From the human T2T-CHM13v2.0 reference genome, Homo sapiens, in NCBI RefSeq assembly GCF_009914755.1, contig NC_060931.1: a stretch of DNA of 64,000 nucleotides. One strand, 5' to 3'. The first letter of the stretch is position 1, and each line of letters opens with the position of its first letter. The position numbers and the translations under genes are program-made. Positions 55,842 through 64,000 of this stretch are shown piece by piece. Under the pieces are notes generated by a model, which was not told where the DNA came from, ran no database searches, and saw only the letters and a program-made list of their open reading frames with translations.

Positions 55842-56224
55842 ATTATACACATGTTATTTAATAAACAATTTATGATAAAGAGAAAAAATGCATTTTTACT
55901 GTCTTTTATAATGTCAATATTACCTATACCAGTGCTTTTTTAAAAGTGTGGATTCAAGTGACTGTCTTCTGTAACTTGCTTTTAGCCTTAGGAATTTATT
56001 TTAGAGTTTTTCTTTATATGGTAGGTCTGCCAGCAATGACTTCAGTTAATATTTCTGTTTATCTTGGTAAGTCTTTGTGTTATCTTCATTTTTGAAAAAT
56101 AATTGCTGGATAAGGAATTCGTGGCTGAGAGTTTTTTTTCCTTTGCATCTTTTGAATATATTATTCTACTGCCTCTTGCCTTCCATTGTTTTTCTTAAGT
56201 CAGCTCTTAATCTTACAAAACATA

Positions 56225-56670
56225 GGTGCTCAAAAAATAAACATGTGCATGAATATTGACAGCAGTAATATTCATTCAGTCAAAAAGTGGAAACAATACA
56301 TAAGCTTGTTGACTCATAAATGGACACTGAATTTTCAGCTATGACAAAGAATGAAGTACTTATATATGGTATAATATTGGTGAAATTTGAAAGCATTATG
56401 TTAAGTGCACAAAAGGGCAAGTATTACTTGATTTTATTCACATGAAACATCAGGAATTTGCAAATCAATTGGGATATAAATCAGATTAGTGGTCATTAGG
56501 GCTCAGGGAAGCAGAATAGGGTGTAACAACTTTATGCATAATGGGTTTTTGGAAGGGACATGATGAAATTGCCCTGGAACATTGTGAATATACTAAAAGC
56601 AAGTGCATTGTATGCTTTAAAATGGTTGTTATTAATTTTATATTATGTGATTTTTACCTTAAAAAACAAA
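56225..56670 (+). mobile_element. L1MB 3'-end fragment
   Basis: AAAAAGTGGAAACAA..AAGAATGAAGTACT..CAGATTAGTGGT..TATGTGATTTTTACCTTAAAAAA. Confidence 0.75.
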
Positions 56671-57499
56671 AAAGGGAAAATAGCCTTACTCTATACATAA
56701 TAAACTCAAGATATGTTACAAATTTACATGTGAAATCCAAAATACTATAATATTTGAGGAATAGCTAAGTAGAATAACACTGAAATTTAACATAATGAAA
56801 CATTTCCTTAGAAAAGAAAAAAGCACAGTAATTTAAAAGGGAAATATATTTAATATTTTTCTCTCCATTAAGCATGCCATTAACTGATTAAAAATTCAAG
56901 CTGCAATTATGTAAACTACATATTCTAAAACCATAAAGAAAAGAAGAAATAAAAAGGTATTTGGGATAAAAATCCAAAGGTACAGTCAACTACACAAACA
57001 AAGCTTAGTCTCATTAATCATTATGAAAATGCAAATGGTAACTGAAAGAAGATAAAACTACAATTCAAAGAGAAAGCCTAAAATTTCAACCCCCAAAAGT
57101 CTGGGTTTTGGAGATCTGGGATGGAATAGGGTTCCTAACCTGACAACAATGAAAGAACCAAACGAACTTCAAAATCATGACTTTATTTTTATAGCAATGA
57201 GGTTGCCAAGAACTGAGTAAAAATGTGAGGGAAAACATGCAACTGCAAGGAGAAAGAGGATGGATGCACTTATATAGGACAGATGCAAATAGACACCACT
57301 ATGACAAGTAAAGCTGGAATAATCAATAAATTCCTAAAAGCAAAGTGGGGCTGGTGAGATTGGGAGACAGCTGACAGCTGCAGAAGTTGGGAAAGATCCA
57401 TCATCTTGAAAAGTTTTTCCCACAAACCCACTGCGATCTCTCAAGCAATTGGTAAGGAATTCAAGAGAGTCTGTATATGACACAGATCAGGGAGAGCAG

Positions 57500-57784
57500 A
57501 ACACTTGGGAGGTGACCAGGTCTTGGGGGCCGAGCCCTTATGAATGTGATTAGTGCCTTTATAAAAGAAGCTCAATGGGGTTCTTGTGTGCCTTCCACTA
57601 TGTGAGGACATAGAAAGAAGGCAACATCTATGAACCATGAAATGGGCTCTCATCAACACTGAATTGGTGAGCATCTTGACCTGAGATCTTACAGCCTCAA
57701 GAAGTGTGAAAAAAGAAATATCTGTTGTTTTTTAGTCACCCGGTTTATGTTATTTTGTTATAAGAGTCCAAATAGAGCAAGATA
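57500..57784 (+). mobile_element. MLT1A-like MaLR LTR
   Basis: GATTAGTGCCTTTATAAAAGA..ATGTGAGGACATAG..CATCTTGA..CAGCCTC..TATTTTGTTATA. Confidence 0.85.
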
Positions 57785-58703
57785 TTCCACTTAATATGTA
57801 GGGGAAGGCAACAAAAACTGCCAAACTTAGGATACTCCTGATGCTGGGATTATGAAAACAGGAAAAACAAAACAAAACTGCTCTTGAAGGTGAAGGAGGA
57901 ATATCACTGAGCTCACCAACACAGCCAGGAAAAGAACAGAAGTGTGAGAAGGCTGCATTCCTGAGACCCTGAGAAAAAGTACCTGCATAAGACTGAGATG
58001 AAATTACCTACTCTAGTTATGATTGAAATCCCAAAAAGAAAAGAGGGAAAAATAATGGAGAAAAAGAAATATTTTTCAAAATAACTGCCAAAAATATTCT
58101 AAAAGAAGTGACAGAAAATCAAACTTCAAATATAGGAAACTCAGAGAATGTCAAATAGAACAAAAAGAAATAAGAAGTACATGTTGAAAAATCTTTAAAA
58201 AATCAAGTCTAAATTTTATATCTTGCTCCAAATATATAGAGATATAAATAGGTTATCATGAAGATATGGAGAAAGCCATATCATGGAAACACTAAAATAA
58301 AGCTGTGGAAGGACTACATTGATATTAGACACAACAGAGTTCGGAACAAGAAATAGTATCAGAGATGAGAGATAATAGATAATAGAATAATCAAATCTCA
58401 AGAAGATGTAAACATCCTAATAATTAGGTTATGCAGCTAACAACAGAACCTCCAAATACATGAGGTAAAACAGGAAAGAAATCAAAGGTGAACTAGAAAA
58501 ATCCAAAATTGTATTTGCTGACATCAACACTTTTGTCTTAGTAATGGAAAGACTAGGCACTAACTCAGTAGTCATGTGGAAGATAAGAACAACAATATCA
58601 CCAACAAGACATCCAATCTTCAATGGCAGATACTCTTTCCTTTCAAGTGAAAAAAATGAGTATGGCATATTCTCTATCAAACCCAGAATTTCTAATATTT
58701 GCG

Positions 58704-59333
58704 TTCTTCCTTCCTTCTTTCCATCTTCCTTTCTCTTCTCTTCCCTTCCCTTGCTTTCTTCCTTCCTTTCTTCTTTTCATCTTCCTTTTCTTTTCTTTTT
58801 TCTTTACCTTTCTTTCTTTTCTTTCTTTTTTCTCCTTCCTTCCTTCTTTCCTTCTTTTCTTTCCTCTTATTCTTCCTTCCCTCCTCCCTCCCTTCCTTTC
58901 TCCCTCCATTTTCTTCCTTCTTTTCTCATATTCTTTCTTTCTTTCTCACGTACTTCCTTTCTTTCCTTTTTTCTACCTTCCTCCCGCCCTCTTTTTATTC
59001 CTTCCTCCCTCCCTTCCTTTCCTCTTTTTTCTTCCTTCCTTTGTCTCTTTATTTTCTTTCTTTCTATGCCTTCCTCCCTTTTACCATTCTCTTTTCCTCC
59101 TTTTCTTCCTCCCTTCCTCCTTTCTTTCTTTCTCTCATTCTTTCCTTCTTTCTTTCTTGTGTTCATGCTTTCTTTTTTCTCCCTTCCTGCCTCCTTTCTA
59201 ACTTCCTCCCTCCCTCCCTCCCTTCCTTCCCTCATTTCCTCCTTTTTTTCTTTCTTCTTTCTTTCTTTATTTCCTTCCTTCCTTCTTTCCTTCCTTTTTT
59301 TCTTTCTTTGTTTTCTTTTCTTTCTTTCTCTTT
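58704..59333 (+). repeat. CT-rich polypyrimidine low-complexity tract
   Basis: About 630 bp of CTT/CCTT/CTTT units with few purines. Confidence 0.95.
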
Positions 59334-59421
59334 ACTACAACTCATATTATTTTAAAAAAATTAAGAGAGGGAGACAGAAAAATAAAGAACGCTTTAATCT
59401 GCAGGTAAATAGATTGTCTGC

Positions 59422-60230
<809 letters not shown>

Positions 60231-61224
60231 GTTTATATTGTAATTGTATCATGAAAATGAGAACCAAAATTTACAACTGCTTTTAATACTGCACTTGGAT
60301 GTTTGAAATCATGTACATGGAAATGATCTCTATGTGCATGACGGAGGATAGCAAATTGATGCCAAAATAATGCAAATGCAAATCTTACACTCATTTCGAT
60401 GTAGGTTTCATTTAATCTTTGAAACTAAAATGAAATTAAAAGATTGTGATCTTTTGATGAAATTAGACTAAAATGAACAATAACAAAATAAAAACTTACT
60501 TATATTCTTTTTATGGTCAATAAAGAAGTGATAGTGGAAAAAAACAAGATCAAATAAAGGTGATGATTTAGGAAGTTGGAAAGGTAGCTGACACTACAAA
60601 CTGGTATATAACCAGTGAACACTTAGATACACTGATTGATGAACTTCAGCTTTTGGCTTGGTGAGAGCATAAAATGAGAGCAGCTGAGGTTTGCAAATTT
60701 GTAATCTCCTTGAGGAAAAACAGGGGAAAACACATCTCTGCCTAATAAGATTTATCTACTAAAGAGTCTAGACTTGATCCAGTTGTCCTTGTAATTCAAA
60801 AGCTAATTCAAATACTGATTTGATGTATTGTGTGAACAACAATTGCTGATTATCATCGCATACCTGGCATTCTCTTGTATCTCATATCTAAAATATTTGG
60901 TAATTCCTGGACTTTCTCTTTTCAAACCCAGTACGGTTTAATTTGAGTCTTAGAACAGTTGTGTTTGAGAAATTCTTCCCTCTACTGCATCTGTGAATGG
61001 GCATAGCATGGTTACATACATATTGTCACTCCATAGAACATTTGTTAAATTAAAGCCAAAGTTAAATTAAAGCAAGAGCTTTAACTTATTGGTTTTACTA
61101 ATGTTTTCCTCCCCAATATCCACAACAATATTGATACTCTCACACCTTATAACATAAAGCTTTGTGTTGTCTATTTTTCAGGTGCTGTCATCTATATGAT
61201 CTCAGTATTGTAAAAATCAGCTTC

Positions 61225-62805
<1,581 letters not shown>

Positions 62806-64000
62806 TCAGCTGTCATTGATTTCTATGTAAATATGCACAGGTGATGTCCATATAGACATAAATAATAATATTTCGGACAATGGGTCCATATGATCTTCAA
62901 AATGTAAAATGTCTATCTGTGTAATTGACTGGTTAGTCTCATTAATGAATATAGATTCAATTCTACTTTCTTGTTCTAGATAAATTATATAATCTAGCTT
63001 TTCATTTCACTTATTTACTGATAACAACAGGAAGAATGACAAGATTTCTATTTTGGAAAATTACTCTGGTAGGAGTAAAGATGAAATAATGATAGAATTG
63101 CATGGACAACTAGAAAAAAGTATGGTCTTCTTATATTCTATCACATCACATACTAAAGGCCTCATAAAACTCAGATATTTTATCTAAAATTGTTATTTTC
63201 ATCATAGGAATGATCAAAGCATGAGACCACAATTGTATTAAAATGTGCTTGTATCACAAGCACAGGTACTAAAAAGGAGGAGGAAACATCATCACTGATA
63301 TTTTCAAAGTATGCTTTATTTTCATCAACATGAACCTCAACTTGATATGATGCAGATTGAAGGAAATCACCCATAATTCCATATGAAGAAGGCCTGTGAT
63401 ATTTTATGGGAAAATAGAGATAATGCTAACAGAAACCCTATTAAGCAAGAAGCTTTATGGAGCAAACACAAATCCAGTGGTGAAAGATACACACTCGAGT
63501 TCTTTTCGTTGTCTTGGAACAATACGGTTTAGAGGTGACTGGCGGATGAGGAGAACATATGCGAGTTCACCAAAGAGAAAAGCTGAATGAGGCAATGCCT
63601 CTTCCTGACCATATCTCTTACTCAGATAATGATATAATTTATTGTCCAGTAAAGGGTATATTAAAAAATCATATTAAAAGTCATGCAGTGAAGTTGTCCA
63701 GGGAAATCAAGACTTAACAGTCTCACTCTGACAATAATGAACAGGGGGATTCCCTCAAGATAGACTAGGACATGACCCCACACTGGCAGGTAGTAGTACC
63801 TGAAAAGAACGCATGGAAAATCTTTACCTTATGCTTGAGGTAGGGACCAGGCTAAAGTGAAAGCCAGACCTAAAATTCTATCTAAAATAAATCCACAATC
63901 AAAGAAAATATGTGGTGTACAGGCATAGAATGTCTTTACTGGATCATTGAAATAGTAAGATAAATTCAACTTTTTACTTTGTTTTATTTTCCTCCAGTTA

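Noticed and set aside
63180-63410. Possible minus-strand exon (acceptor-like ATCACAG and a 64-aa ORF)
   Set aside because: I recognise no homolog in the frames I read and no clear donor; a database search would be needed.

Overview
This is primate (human-like) pericentromeric DNA with no intact protein-coding gene. Bases 1-21.5 kb are divergent HSat2 (HSATII) satellite in two opposite orientations. The strand switch sits on a ~345-bp unique spacer that is an inverted ~92% paralog of 37935-38295, beside a short HSat3-like (CATTC)n tract carrying an Alu fragment. Bases 21.5-64 kb are a mosaic of old L1M, L2, MaLR/ERV LTRs, Tigger/MER30 and Alus. They also hold a 2.3-kb (CATTT)n array with a ~990-bp internal duplication, an unprocessed KSR1 exon-1 pseudogene fragment abutting a GC-rich CAAAAAGCGGG-type repeat, a TSD-flanked, polyadenylated, probably 5'-inverted orphan retro-insertion (33.6-34.5 kb), and a twin-primed L1PA2-like element inside an AluJ. 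Nearly all listed ORFs are repeat artefacts. I see no evidence of a new multi-gene system; the most interesting signals are structural. All alignments, identities and repeat subfamily calls were made by eye or from recalled consensus sequences, and I cannot tell which chromosome or paralog this is.
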